From positions 54,445 through 118,444 of the forward strand of contig CAVWAU010000004.1 of NCBI GenBank assembly GCA_963753125.1: a stretch of DNA of 64,000 nucleotides, given 5' to 3'. Of the stretch, positions 1 to 9,664 are shown piece by piece. How positions within the stretch are numbered: the first letter of the stretch is position 1; each line of letters starts with the position of its first letter. This DNA is from an uncultured Chloroflexia bacterium (lineage in GTDB: Bacteria; Chloroflexota; Limnocylindria; QHBO01). Below the pieces are notes generated by a model that saw only the letters and a program-made list of their open reading frames with translations, was not told where the DNA came from and made no database searches. A program made the position numbers and the translations under genes.

Positions 1-105
1 ATCCTCCAGCGCCTCTTCTCCCACGAGGCCTGGCACTGGGGCGAGCTGTCGCAGACGCTCGGCATCAACGGGCTCGCGCAACCCGACCTCTGGCGGCCCG
101 ACTAG
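1..105 (+). CDS. DinB/YfiT-like (DUF664-type) protein, C-terminal fragment; 5' end lies outside the window
   Basis: Frame 1 reads ...ILQRLFSHEAWHWGELSQTLGINGLAQPDLWRPD and ends at TAG 103-105. A His-rich C-terminus is typical of the DinB_2 family. Confidence 0.4.
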   Translation: MLQRLFSHEAWHWGELSQTLGINGLAQPDLWRPD

Positions 106-136
106 GGCTCGTCGACGACAGCGGGTGTGCTGGTCG

Positions 137-388
137 ATGACCCTGGACACGACATACCGGGCGCTGGCGCATCCGGTGCGGCGCGAGATGCTGGGTCGCC
201 TGCGTAATCGGGACATGCGCGTCACGGAGCTCGCGGCGTACTTCGACATGTCGCTGCCGGCCGCATCCAAGCACATCCGACAGCTCGAGCGGGCAGGCCT
301 CGTTTCGCGCCGGATCGACAGACGCGACCATTGGCTATCTCTCGAGGATGCACTGCTAGTGGAGGCCGCCGGCTGGCTGAAGGGTTGA
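137..388 (+). CDS. ArsR/SmtB family transcriptional regulator
   Basis: MTLDTTYRALAHPVRREMLGRLR...MRVTELAAYFDMSLPAASKHIRQLERAGLV is a winged-HTH ArsR signature. ATG at 137; an alternative GTG lies at 125. Confidence 0.85.
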   Translation: MTLDTTYRALAHPVRREMLGRLRNRDMRVTELAAYFDMSLPAASKHIRQLERAGLVSRRIDRRDHWLSLEDALLVEAAGWLKG

Positions 389-453
389 CAGGCAATCCGA
401 GTGCTAGGCGGCAAACGTAGGCGTGGTGACGACCGGAGGTCTTAGCAGAGCCG

Positions 454-1758
454 ATGACGACCACCTCGACCACCTCCAAGCAGCACGTCAGCACCCGCCA
501 GGCGGCATTCATCGGGGTGGGCGCCATGGTCGGCGCCGGGATCTTCTCGCTCCTCGGTGCCGCCGGTGAGGTGGCGGGCGCGGCCGTCTGGCTGTCGTTC
601 CTGCTCGCCGGGGGGATCGCCGCGCTCCAGGGGTACTCGTTCGGCAAGCTCGGCGCGAAGTTCCCGTCGGCGGGCGGCCTCCTCGAGTATGTCAACCAGG
701 GATTCGGCCCCGGCCACATAGCGACGGTCACCGCGTGGCTGACGTACGCCGCGAACGCCATCGTCACGGCGATGGTCGCGATCTCGTTCGGGAGCTACGC
801 CAGCGCCAGCGTCGCGGGCGGGGACCCGGCCTGGGAGAAGGCCTTTGCCGTCGCGATCGTGCTCGCGATGACCGCGCTCAATGTCGCGGGATCGACGTTC
901 GTGGCCAGGATCCAGAGCGTGATCGTCTTCGTCGTGATCGGCATCCTCGCCATGTTCGCCGTGGTCACGATCGCGAACTTGGACCCCGCGCTCCTGGCGC
1001 CGTCGGAGTACCCGGGAGCGCGCGACATCGTTTCGAGCGTTGCGCTGACGTTCTTCGCGTTCCTCGGGTTCGGTGTCGTGACCTTCACCGCCAAGGACCT
1101 GGCCGATCCGTCGCGCCAGCTGCCACGCGCGATGGCCATCGCGATCGGCCTCGCCACGATCATCTACGTGGCGGTGGCCCTGGGGGTGTTCGGCACGCTG
1201 ACCGTCGACGAGGTCATCGACTCGGGGGCGACGGCCATCGCGGTTGCGGCCCAGCCCGTGCTCGGCGACGCCGGCTACGCGCTCATGACCGTCACGGCGC
1301 TGTTCGCGACCGCCGGCGCCACGAACGCCGGGCTGTACCCAGCGGCGGGGCTCTCCGAACATCTGGCGTCGACCGGGCAGTTTCCGACGGTCATGGGCAG
1401 CAGGCTCGGCGACCGTGCGCCGGTCGGCCTCCTCATCGCCGCCGCCGTGATCCTGGTGATGGTCGTGCTATTCGATCTCTCCTCCGTCGCGTCGATCGGT
1501 AGCGCGGTGGCCCTGACGATCTTCGGGCTGGTCACTATCGGCCACCTTCGGGTGCGTACCCAGACCGGTGCTCGTCTCAGCATCCTCCTCCTCGCTCTTG
1601 CGACGATCGCCATCGCCCTGCTGACGTTCGTCCTCACGACGCTCATCCAGGAGCCGGCCTCCATCGCGACGCTGATCGCGATCCTGGTCATCAGCCTCGC
1701 GCTCGACTTCGGATGGGCGCGCGTGCGCGCTCGACGAGAGGCCGACGCGGGGAGCTAG
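454..1758 (+). CDS. APC-family amino acid permease
   Basis: 434 aa with about 12 TM segments. N-terminal FIGVGAMVGAGIFSLLG is the amino-acid permease signature. Confidence 0.85.
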   Translation: MTTTSTTSKQHVSTRQAAFIGVGAMVGAGIFSLLGAAGEVAGAAVWLSFLLAGGIAALQGYSFGKLGAKFPSAGGLLEYVNQGFGPGHIATVTAWLTYAANAIVTAMVAISFGSYASASVAGGDPAWEKAFAVAIVLAMTALNVAGSTFVARIQSVIVFVVIGILAMFAVVTIANLDPALLAPSEYPGARDIVSSVALTFFAFLGFGVVTFTAKDLADPSRQLPRAMAIAIGLATIIYVAVALGVFGTLTVDEVIDSGATAIAVAAQPVLGDAGYALMTVTALFATAGATNAGLYPAAGLSEHLASTGQFPTVMGSRLGDRAPVGLLIAAAVILVMVVLFDLSSVASIGSAVALTIFGLVTIGHLRVRTQTGARLSILLLALATIAIALLTFVLTTLIQEPASIATLIAILVISLALDFGWARVRARREADAGS

Positions 1759-2279
1759 GTCAGGGGCTCGTAGCGCAGGAGCGTGACGCCCGAGTCGAAC
1801 TGCTTCGACTCGATGAGCCGCACGGGGATCTTGGCGGCCTCGTACGGACGCTTGCCCTCCCCTTGGATCCGCGGGTGGATCCATATGTACAGCTCGTCGA
1901 CGAGGCCGGCCTGGATGAGCTGGCGCGCGAGCTCGCCGCAGCCCGTCAGCAGGATGTCACCGTCGCGCTCGGCCTTGAGACGGCGGACGCCCTCGACCGC
2001 GTCGCCCTCGATGGCGGTCGAGTTCCACTCGAGCGGACCGAGCTTGCTGCGCGAGGCGATGAACTTCGGCATCGGGTTGATGGCGTCGGCCCACGGACCG
2101 GTCTGCTGCGGCCAATAGCCGAGGAAGCCCTCGTAGGTCGGCCTCCCGGTCAGCAGCGCATCACAGCCCTGTATGAGCGACAGCGCCGCGTCGTCATGAT
2201 CGCCCGAGGCGATGAACCAGTCGGCGACCTCCATGACGCCGTCGACCGTCATGGCCGTCGAGTTGATCACTCGCGCCAT
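1755..2279 (-). CDS. dihydrofolate reductase family protein (RibD C-terminal domain), paralog 1 of 4
   Basis: 174 aa. INSTAMTVDGV...ALLTGRPTYEGF...ILLTGCGELARQLIQAGLVDELYIWIHP matches the RibD_C/DHFR-like fold. Confidence 0.8.
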   Translation of the reverse strand: MARVINSTAMTVDGVMEVADWFIASGDHDDAALSLIQGCDALLTGRPTYEGFLGYWPQQTGPWADAINPMPKFIASRSKLGPLEWNSTAIEGDAVEGVRRLKAERDGDILLTGCGELARQLIQAGLVDELYIWIHPRIQGEGKRPYEAAKIPVRLIESKQFDSGVTLLRYEPLT

Positions 2280-2282
2280 CGG

Positions 2283-3185
2283 TCAGCCCTCCGCCAGGAC
2301 GTCGCGCAGCTTGGCTGCGAACGCCTCCGGCTCGCCGGTCTGGCCGTACTCGCCGCCCAGGAAGCCGCCGTGGCCGCTCGGGAAGACGACGACCTTCGTG
2401 CCGAGCCGCTCGGCGACGGCGTACGCGCCTCGATTGGCCATCGTGCCCTCCTCGTTGCCGGCGGCCATGACGATCCGCGTCGATGCCCTCTTCAGGGCCT
2501 CGAAGTCGGGCTCGTAGCCGATGGATCCGACGAGGCCCAGGCCCAGCAGCGGATCGGTTCGTGAGCCGTCATCCTCAGCCGGCATGCCGAACATCGCCGG
2601 GTCCGGCGGCGGCTGCTGCGCGAAGTCGTCCGGGAACTCGCCCTCGTGGCTCACGACGGCGATGAAGTGGGCCATGCCCGCCCCCCACCCGCGCTTCATG
2701 TACGTCTCGTGGATCGCGCGTGAGGCGGCCAGGGCGGCCTCGCGGTCGGGAAGGATCGCCGGGAGCGGCGGCTCGTGCGCGACGAGCGTCCGCACGTCGT
2801 CCGGATGCTTCGCCACGAGCGCCAGCGCGTTCGTCGCGCCACCGCTGCTGGCGAAGAGGTCGACGGGTCCGCCGCCGAGCTCCTCGATGATCCGATGCAG
2901 GTCGTCGGCGTGCTCCTCCGGCGTCGGCGGCCTGGTCGGTTCGGTGAGCTCGCTGCGCTCGCTGCTGCGCGGGTCGTAGGTCGCGACCGTCCGGTCGTCG
3001 AAGTGCCCGCTCAGGGTGCCGAAGCCGGCCGCGCCCATCGGTGAGCCGATGAGGAACAGGATCGGCTCGGTGCTGTCGGCGTTGCGGCGGACGTCGTAGG
3101 TCAGCGTTGCGCCGGGGACGTCCAGGGTCTGGGTCTTGGGCTCCGTTGCGGTTGCAGTCACGGTTCTCTCCTTCATCGGTCTCAT
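2283..3185 (-). CDS. alpha/beta hydrolase
   Basis: 300 aa with a GxSxG-type nucleophile elbow (LFASSGGATNALAL) and an alpha/beta-fold pattern. Its start overlaps the stop of the upstream gene (3182-3185). Confidence 0.75.
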   Translation of the reverse strand: MRPMKERTVTATATEPKTQTLDVPGATLTYDVRRNADSTEPILFLIGSPMGAAGFGTLSGHFDDRTVATYDPRSSERSELTEPTRPPTPEEHADDLHRIIEELGGGPVDLFASSGGATNALALVAKHPDDVRTLVAHEPPLPAILPDREAALAASRAIHETYMKRGWGAGMAHFIAVVSHEGEFPDDFAQQPPPDPAMFGMPAEDDGSRTDPLLGLGLVGSIGYEPDFEALKRASTRIVMAAGNEEGTMANRGAYAVAERLGTKVVVFPSGHGGFLGGEYGQTGEPEAFAAKLRDVLAEG

Positions 3186-3637
3186 GAAGCTCGCTTGCGA
3201 TAGACCATGTCGAAGTCGGGCTCCCAGGCCTTCCCGTCGGGGGACGACTCCCAGGCGCCCTCGATCGTCGAGTCGTCCCTGAAGGTGCCGATGAAGCGCT
3301 GGAAGAAGCCGGGCGCATCGCGCCAGACGGTCCAGGCGTCATCGGTCAGGGTCATGCGGTAGATGCGGAAGACTCCTCGCGCGTCGGCGTAGAGCTGGGT
3401 GCACTCGTCGGTCGTGTCGTCCCAGCCGATGACCGCTGTCACCGGCATCGGCGAGTTGGTCGCCCAGTCCTCCGACGTGTTGGGATCGGGTTCGTCATTG
3501 GCGTGCTGGATGACGAAGGCGCCCTGCTCGATCCACTCGAAGCTCGTGGATCCGCGCCCCAGGAAGCTCCCGCCGGCGCTGGCCTCGAAGTCCCAGGTGC
3601 CGATCAGGTGCCCGAGCGGGGAGCCGGCCTTCGTCAT
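3182..3637 (-). CDS. hypothetical protein (possibly a lipocalin-like beta-barrel)
   Basis: 151-aa ORF with non-GC-biased composition. It is translationally coupled to its neighbours in a five-gene minus-strand operon. Confidence 0.5.
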   Translation of the reverse strand: MTKAGSPLGHLIGTWDFEASAGGSFLGRGSTSFEWIEQGAFVIQHANDEPDPNTSEDWATNSPMPVTAVIGWDDTTDECTQLYADARGVFRIYRMTLTDDAWTVWRDAPGFFQRFIGTFRDDSTIEGAWESSPDGKAWEPDFDMVYRKRAS

Positions 3638-3641
3638 CGGT

Positions 3642-4151
3642 TCAGCTCCGGCTCGCGACCGGGTCCTCGGCGAGGATCGCGTCGATCTGGCCGATCGCCT
3701 GCTTGAGGCCCTCCTCCTGCCCCATGGCCAGGAGCTGCTCCATCGCCTCGGTGCTCGGGAAGAGGCTCTCGATCGACATCCGCGATCGCCCGTCGCCGAT
3801 CTCCTCGATCCGGACGCGCATTTCCCCCGTCGGGAAGTCCGCGTTCGGCGTGCCGTCGTCGTTCGCGAAGCCGTCGCGGACGACCAGCGAGCGTGGGGGA
3901 TCGGTCTCGAGGATGTCCCAGTAGCCCTTCGGCTGGTCGCCCTCGGGTCCGGTCATGTGGTACTCGACGCGGCTGCCTGGAGTCAGGTCGTGCTTCGTGA
4001 AAGTCGCGGGATAGGTCGGCGGCCCCCACCAGCGCTCGAGCTGGCGCGGATCGGCCCAGAGCTGCCACACCCGCTCGGCGGATGCGTCGAACTCGGCGTC
4101 GACGGTCATGGTCAGGTTGTCGGTGTCCTTGCGGACGGCGGTGACGGTCAT
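3642..4151 (-). CDS. SRPBCC family protein (AHSA1/Aha1-like)
   Basis: MTVTAVRKD...AEFDASAERVWQLWADPRQLERWWGPP is the AHSA1 signature. The ATG at 4151 overlaps the ArsR stop (ATGA). Confidence 0.8.
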   Translation of the reverse strand: MTVTAVRKDTDNLTMTVDAEFDASAERVWQLWADPRQLERWWGPPTYPATFTKHDLTPGSRVEYHMTGPEGDQPKGYWDILETDPPRSLVVRDGFANDDGTPNADFPTGEMRVRIEEIGDGRSRMSIESLFPSTEAMEQLLAMGQEEGLKQAIGQIDAILAEDPVASRS

Positions 4152-4561
4152 CGGTGTCTCTCCCTGGTGTACTCGTTGACGAGCTCGGTCATGCGGTCGA
4201 TCCGTCCGCGCCACAGCTCCTCGTACTGGTCAAGCAGGCGGCGCGCCACGCGCAGCCCCTCGACGTTGGTGCGGACGACCTTGCGTCGGCCGATGCGCTG
4301 CTTGGTGACCAGCCCGGCCCGCTCGAGGATCGCGACGTGCTTCTGCACCGCCGCAAAGCTCATCGGGTAGTGGCTGGCCATCTCGGCGATGCCCTCCTCG
4401 GCGTCGATCGCGCGGCGGACGATGTCGCGGCGGGTGTGGTCCGCCAGGGCGCCAAACATGCGGTCGAAGTCGGGAGGAGCGATCTGCACGATACAACCAT
4501 ACGGTTGTATGAGAGCCATGTCAAGTGTGCGGTTGGGCTTGTGCGTTTGCACCCGGCGCAA
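4148..4561 (-). CDS. ArsR/SmtB family transcriptional regulator
   Basis: FGALADHTRRDIVRRA...MSFAAVQKHVAILERAGLVT is the HTH. This is the classic ArsR + SRPBCC pairing. The start is uncertain (4561 or 4519). Confidence 0.8.
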   Translation of the reverse strand: MRRVQTHKPNRTLDMALIQPYGCIVQIAPPDFDRMFGALADHTRRDIVRRAIDAEEGIAEMASHYPMSFAAVQKHVAILERAGLVTKQRIGRRKVVRTNVEGLRVARRLLDQYEELWRGRIDRMTELVNEYTRERHR

Positions 4562-4670
4562 GTAACGGCGAAGTTGGAGCCGAATTGGGCTAGTAGTTCG
4601 CCGCCGCTTGCACCCGGTGACCGGATCGGCAAAGAACGGGCCCCAAGTTGGTCGCTAGTTGCACCCGGCG
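4547..4670 (+). promoter_or_regulatory. three direct repeats of TTGCACCCGG(C/T)G in the divergent ArsR-operon / MFS intergenic region
   Basis: TTGCACCCGGCG at 4547, TTGCACCCGGTG at 4608 and TTGCACCCGGCG at 4659, spaced 61 and 51 bp. Shared upstream words AAGTTGG and GCTAGT(A/T)G accompany them. Confidence 0.4.
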
Positions 4671-4715
4671 AAATCCGACCGATGAGTGCCACGGCGAACG
4701 GCAGTCTGAGAGAAC

Positions 4716-6311
4716 ATGACTCAGATGTCGGACGAGTACGTGGTGCCGGAGCGGGCGACCAGGCGCGAGTGGATCGGGCTGGCCGTGCTCACCCTCGCGG
4801 CCCTCGTCTACGCGATGGACCTGACCGTGCTCAACCTCGCCATCCCTCGCATCAGCACGGAGCTGCAACCAACTAGCGCGCAGCTGCTGTGGATCATCGA
4901 CATCTACGGCTTCCTGGTGGCCGGCCTGCTCATCACGATGGGCACGCTGGGAGATCGCATCGGCCGGCGAAAGCTCCTGCTGGGGGGCGCATCGGGCTTC
5001 GCGCTTGCCTCGCTGCTCGCAGCCTTCTCGACGAGCTCGGAGATGCTCATCGCCAGCCGAGCCGTCATGGGGATCGCCGGGGCGACGATCGCCCCCTCGA
5101 CGCTCTCGCTGATCTTCACCATGTTCCTCGACCCGAAGCAGCGCACCGTGGCGATCGGGTTCTGGATCGCCGCCTACTCTGCGGGCGGCGCGATCGGTCC
5201 GGTTCTCGGCGGCGTGCTCCTCGAATTCTTCTGGTGGGGCTCGGTGTTTCTCATCGGCGTCCCGGTGATGGGCCTGCTGCTCATCCTCGGCCCGCGCACC
5301 CTTCCCGAGTACAGGGACCCGAACGCTCGGCCCCTGGACGTCAGCAGCGCGGCGATGTCGCTGCTCGCCATCCTCGCCGTGGTCTTCGGGCTGAAGGAGA
5401 TCGCCCAGGGTGGGCTCGCGCCGATGCCGGTCGTCTCGATCGTCGTCGGCATCGGTCTTGGCGTCTGGTTCGTCCGCCGCCAGCTCCACCTCGAGTCGCC
5501 GATCATCGACGTGCGCCTCTTCAGGATCCGCGCCTTCTCGGCGTCGCTCGGCACGTACCTGCTGAGCATCTTCGTCGTCGTCGGCTACTTCCTGTTCATC
5601 GGGCAGTACATGCAGCTCGTCCTCGGCCTGTCGCCGATCCAGGCAGCGGTCTGGTCGCTTCCGTCGGCGGCCGGCTTCATCGTCGGGTCCGTGATGGCGC
5701 CGAGGATCATCCATCGGTGGCGCCCGTCGGTGATCATGGGCGCCGGCATGGCCGTCGCCGCACTCGGGACGGCGACGCTGCTCGGCCTCGGGCTCGACAC
5801 CGGCCCGGGCATCGCGATCATCGTCCTCGCGTCGATCGTCATCTCGCTCGGGCTCGCTCCGGTCATCACGCTCGCCACCGAGCTCATCGTCGGCAGCGCG
5901 CCGCCGGAGCAGGCCGGGGCCGCCACCGGCATGTCCGAGACGAGCGGCGAGCTCGGAGGGGCGCTTGGGATCGCGCTCCTCGGCAGCCTGGGGACCGCTG
6001 TCTACCGCAGCGAGATCGCGGACTCGCTCCCGTCGGGCATTCCCGCGGAGGTCGCCGGCGCGGCGCAGGACACGCTCGGTGGCGCGCTGGCAGTCGCTCA
6101 GACGCTGCCCGAGGCGCTCGGGGCGGCACTCGTCGCGGTGTCGCAGGCGGCCTTCATGGATGCGCTCCACTTCGTCGCCGGGGTGGCCACGATCCTCGCG
6201 GTGGTGACGGCGATTGCCGCCGCGTATGCCCTGCGCAGCGTGCCGGCGCGGTCGGAGCCGGACGTCGAGGAGGGAGCCACCACGCCGGAGCCTGTCGCCG
6301 CCGCCGATTGA
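4716..6311 (+). CDS. MFS transporter, DHA2 (EmrB/QacA-like, 14-TMS) drug efflux family
   Basis: 531 aa. LAVLTLAALVYAMDLTVLNLAIP and GTLGDRIGRRKLLL are MFS motifs A/D1. Confidence 0.85.
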   Translation: MTQMSDEYVVPERATRREWIGLAVLTLAALVYAMDLTVLNLAIPRISTELQPTSAQLLWIIDIYGFLVAGLLITMGTLGDRIGRRKLLLGGASGFALASLLAAFSTSSEMLIASRAVMGIAGATIAPSTLSLIFTMFLDPKQRTVAIGFWIAAYSAGGAIGPVLGGVLLEFFWWGSVFLIGVPVMGLLLILGPRTLPEYRDPNARPLDVSSAAMSLLAILAVVFGLKEIAQGGLAPMPVVSIVVGIGLGVWFVRRQLHLESPIIDVRLFRIRAFSASLGTYLLSIFVVVGYFLFIGQYMQLVLGLSPIQAAVWSLPSAAGFIVGSVMAPRIIHRWRPSVIMGAGMAVAALGTATLLGLGLDTGPGIAIIVLASIVISLGLAPVITLATELIVGSAPPEQAGAATGMSETSGELGGALGIALLGSLGTAVYRSEIADSLPSGIPAEVAGAAQDTLGGALAVAQTLPEALGAALVAVSQAAFMDALHFVAGVATILAVVTAIAAAYALRSVPARSEPDVEEGATTPEPVAAAD

Positions 6312-6344
6312 GACCGATCCGACATCGGCGGTAGGCTGCAGGAT

Positions 6345-7583
6345 GTGACCGTCCGCGAGCAGGAAACCGAGCAGCGGGTGACGCCGCTCGAGCTGTTCTT
6401 CGATCTCGTCTTCGTCTTCGCCATCACCCAGGTCACCGGGTTCGTCACCCACGACCCGACCTGGGATGGACTGCTGCGCGGCCTGCTCCTGCTGGGCGCG
6501 CTGTGGTGGGCGTGGGCCGCCTACGCGTGGCTGACGAACACCCTCGACCCGGAGGAGGGCGCCGTCCGCCTGGCCGTCTTCGGCTCGATGGCCGCGATGC
6601 TCGTCGTCGCGCTCGCCGTCCCGACGGCCTTCGGCGCAAGTGCAATCGTCTTCGCCGTCGCGTACTTCATCGTGCGCGCCAACCACCTCTTGCTGTTCGC
6701 CATCGCCGGCAAAGGCGATCGCGACCTCCTCGTCGCCGTCCTGCGCTTCACGCCCAGCGCCGTGCTCGGGCCATCGCTGCTCGTGGTCGCGGCCTTCTTC
6801 GACGGGACCGCCGAACTCGGGCTGTGGTTCGCGGCGCTGGCGATCGACTACCTCGGCGCGATCGCCGCCCGCGGGCCGGGATGGCGCATCTCGCCCGAAC
6901 ACTTCGTCGAGCGCCACGGGCTGATCATCATCGTCGCGCTGGGCGAGTCGATCATCGCCATCGGGGTCGGCGCGGCCGGGCTGCCGCTCGATATCGGCCT
7001 CGTCACCGCGGCCTTGCTCGGCATCGTCGTCGCCGCCTCGCTGTGGTGGTCGTACTTCGACTGGGTCATCTACGTCTCGCAGGCACGCCTCGCCGACGCG
7101 ACGGGGCCGGAGCGCGCCTCACTCGCCCGCGACCTGTACAGCTACCTCCACATGCCGATGGTCTCCGGCATCGTGCTGTTCGCGGTCGGCATGGAGGTCA
7201 CGCTGGCGCATGCCGCCGATCCGCTCGAGGTCATTCCCGCCATCTGCATGTGCGGCGGGCTGGCGATGTACATGGCCGCGCACGTCGCCATGCGACTGCG
7301 GACCGGGGGCGGGTGGGGCCACGGCCGGCCGACGGCCACGGTCATCCTGCTCGCGCTGATCCCGGTTGCCACCATCGTGCCGGCGCTGGCCGCGCTCGCG
7401 CTCGTGGCCGCGGTGTGCGTCGGCCTCATCGCCTACGAGGCGATCCGCTATCGGTGGGCGCGCTCCTGGATCCGAAGCCATCGCGGTGAGTTCTCGATGG
7501 AGGAGGCGCGACGGATCGGCGGTACACGGGGCGGTGCCCCTTCTCCAGAGGCGGCAAGCGAAACCGATTCGCCATCTCCCTGA
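6345..7583 (+). CDS. ltrA: low temperature requirement protein A (LtrA) family membrane protein
   Basis: N-terminal VTPLELFFDLVFVFAI is the LtrA signature. The protein is a multi-TM protein and starts at a GTG. Confidence 0.8.
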   Translation: MTVREQETEQRVTPLELFFDLVFVFAITQVTGFVTHDPTWDGLLRGLLLLGALWWAWAAYAWLTNTLDPEEGAVRLAVFGSMAAMLVVALAVPTAFGASAIVFAVAYFIVRANHLLLFAIAGKGDRDLLVAVLRFTPSAVLGPSLLVVAAFFDGTAELGLWFAALAIDYLGAIAARGPGWRISPEHFVERHGLIIIVALGESIIAIGVGAAGLPLDIGLVTAALLGIVVAASLWWSYFDWVIYVSQARLADATGPERASLARDLYSYLHMPMVSGIVLFAVGMEVTLAHAADPLEVIPAICMCGGLAMYMAAHVAMRLRTGGGWGHGRPTATVILLALIPVATIVPALAALALVAAVCVGLIAYEAIRYRWARSWIRSHRGEFSMEEARRIGGTRGGAPSPEAASETDSPSP

Positions 7584-7666
7584 CCGATGCGCCACCCTCG
7601 ACATCGTTTGTCGAGGGGCTACCATGCGAGGCTGGAGAGAGTGCCAACCGAGACGGAGGTCCCACC

Positions 7667-9091
7667 GTGAGCACGACCTCATTCCCGATCACCGGCCTTG
7701 ACGGCCGTACCCTGCTGGACGCATCGCTCCTCGACGCTCTTGCCCGCGACCTCGACGGGACATTGCTTCACCCGGACGACGAGGGGTACGCGGAGTCGGT
7801 GTCGCTGTGGAACGGGATGATTGCCAAGCGACCTGCCGTGGTCGTCAAGGCCGAATCGGTCGACGACGTCGTGCGCACCGTACGGTTCGCCGCCGCCCAT
7901 GGCGTGGAGCTCTCGATCCGGGGTGGGGGACACAACATCGCCGGCCTCGCCCTGACCGACGGCGGTCTCACGCTCGACATGTCCGGCCAGAACGGGGTCG
8001 AGGTCGATCCCGAGGCACGGCTCGCACGCGTCCAGGCCGGTGCCCTTCTCGGCGACGTCGATCGCGCCACCCAAGAGCATGGGCTCGCCGCCACGCTCGG
8101 CTTCGTCTCGCTCACCGGTGTCGCCGGGCTGACACTGGGAGGCGGCTTCGGCTACCTGACCCGACGGTTCGGGTGGACTGTCGATGATCTCGATGAGGTC
8201 GAGATCGTGCTGGCCGACGGATCGGTCAACCGCGCGTCACGCGAGGAGAACGCAGAACTGTTCTGGGCACTGCGCGGCGGCGGCGGCAACTTCGGCGTCG
8301 TCACCGAATTCACGTTCCGCCTGCACGAGATCGGGCCGCAGATCATTGGCGGACCGATCGTCTGGCCCGCCTCCGAGGCCGAGCGCGTCCTCGACGCCTT
8401 CCGCCGCGTCACCGAGTCCGCGCCGCGTGAGCTGACGCTGGTGGCGGTGCGGCGCAACGCCCCGCCCGCGCCGTGGCTGCCGGAGTCGGCGCACGGCACG
8501 CCGATCGTCATGATCGTGGCCTGCCACTCAGGCGACCCTGCCCAGGCTGCCGCGGACCTCGAGCCGATCACCTCCATCGGTGAGCCGCTGGCGAACCTGA
8601 TCCAGGCCAGGGAGTACACGGCACAGCAGACGCTGCTCGACGCGACCCAGCCTCGGGGCAATCACTACTACTGGAAGTCGGAGTTCGTGCCCGGCCTGTC
8701 GGACGAGCTCATCCGGACCTACCACGCGCAGTTCGAGGGTCTCACCGCCCCGGCGAACCAGATCGTGCTATTCCAAATGGACGGCGCCTTGAACGAGCGA
8801 GCTAATGACGACGGTGCGGTCGGCAACCGCGATGCAGCCTTCGCCTGCGTCATCCAGTCGATGTGGACGCCGGACTCGCCCGCCGCCGAGGCGAATCGGT
8901 CCTGGGTCCGAGGCGCGTGGGAGGCGTTGAAGCCGTTCTCCACGGGCGGGAACTACGTCAACTTCCAGACCGAAGACGAGCCCGACGAGCGGACGCGTGC
9001 CTCCTTCCGGTCTAACTACGACCGGCTCGCCGAGGTGAAGGCCCGATACGACCCGACCAACCTGTTCCGGGTGAACCGGAACATCCGCTGA
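7667..9091 (+). CDS. FAD-binding oxidoreductase (FAD-linked oxidase with C-terminal BBE domain)
   Basis: RGGGHNIAGLAL is the FAD_binding_4 motif and C-terminal YDPTNLFRVNRNI is BBE-like. A GGAGG lies 7 bp upstream of the GTG. Confidence 0.85.
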   Translation: MSTTSFPITGLDGRTLLDASLLDALARDLDGTLLHPDDEGYAESVSLWNGMIAKRPAVVVKAESVDDVVRTVRFAAAHGVELSIRGGGHNIAGLALTDGGLTLDMSGQNGVEVDPEARLARVQAGALLGDVDRATQEHGLAATLGFVSLTGVAGLTLGGGFGYLTRRFGWTVDDLDEVEIVLADGSVNRASREENAELFWALRGGGGNFGVVTEFTFRLHEIGPQIIGGPIVWPASEAERVLDAFRRVTESAPRELTLVAVRRNAPPAPWLPESAHGTPIVMIVACHSGDPAQAAADLEPITSIGEPLANLIQAREYTAQQTLLDATQPRGNHYYWKSEFVPGLSDELIRTYHAQFEGLTAPANQIVLFQMDGALNERANDDGAVGNRDAAFACVIQSMWTPDSPAAEANRSWVRGAWEALKPFSTGGNYVNFQTEDEPDERTRASFRSNYDRLAEVKARYDPTNLFRVNRNIR

Positions 9092-9106
9092 ACCCGCCTG
9101 TGGCGC

Positions 9107-9610
9107 TCAGTCGGTCCCGCCGAGTACTTCCGCCGCGGCGGGATCCACATTTGCGCCGCTACGTTCAGCTGCGTCGGCGATGAGGCGGAGGATCTCCGGC
9201 TCGCGCTCCCAGACACCGAGCCCGATGTCAGCCGACGCGCCTGCGGCATCGGCAAGCTCCAGGATCCTGGCGTTGCCGCCAGCGACTCGAAGGCCGACGC
9301 GCGAGAGGGTGGACAGCTGGACCGACCGAGCCTTGGCCAGGTGCGGGGTCACCGTCAGCTCGTCGCCCGTGATGACCACTCGGCTGCGCCAGGCTCCCCA
9401 GGTCCACACGGAGGCGAAGGCCACGCTGAAAACGCCGCCAACGAGGGCGATCAAGCCCCAAAGACCGAGCACCGATGGGTCGACCCCCACTGCCAGCATG
9501 ATCAACCACGCGACCAAGAGGGCGAGCGCCCCGCCGGCGAGGACGAGGGGAGCGAAGTAAACCGCTGTTGCGGCCCGGCTCTCGAGAACCGTGTTCGAGT
9601 CTTGGCTCAT
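9107..9610 (-). CDS. PH-domain-like membrane protein (hypothetical)
   Basis: Two TM helices followed by VVITGDELTVTP...RSVQLSTLSRVGL (bPH-like). The start is taken at the internal ATG (MSQDSNTV); the long upstream extension is GC-frame junk. Confidence 0.5.
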   Translation of the reverse strand: MSQDSNTVLESRAATAVYFAPLVLAGGALALLVAWLIMLAVGVDPSVLGLWGLIALVGGVFSVAFASVWTWGAWRSRVVITGDELTVTPHLAKARSVQLSTLSRVGLRVAGGNARILELADAAGASADIGLGVWEREPEILRLIADAAERSGANVDPAAAEVLGGTD

Positions 9611-9664
9611 CGCGCGAATCCTATCGGCTTCGGCCGCTACCATCGGTCGGTGACCGAGCCGCGC

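Noticed and set aside
4590-6917. A 775-aa minus-strand ORF antisense to the MFS transporter. Similar giant ORFs occur elsewhere, for example 59237-61849 (870 aa), 442-1362 and 34436-35914 in its N-terminal part.
   Set aside because: The translations are Arg/Gly/Asp/Pro-rich with no motifs. They lie antisense to well-supported genes. They are the expected stop-poor alternative frames of 70% GC DNA, not genes.
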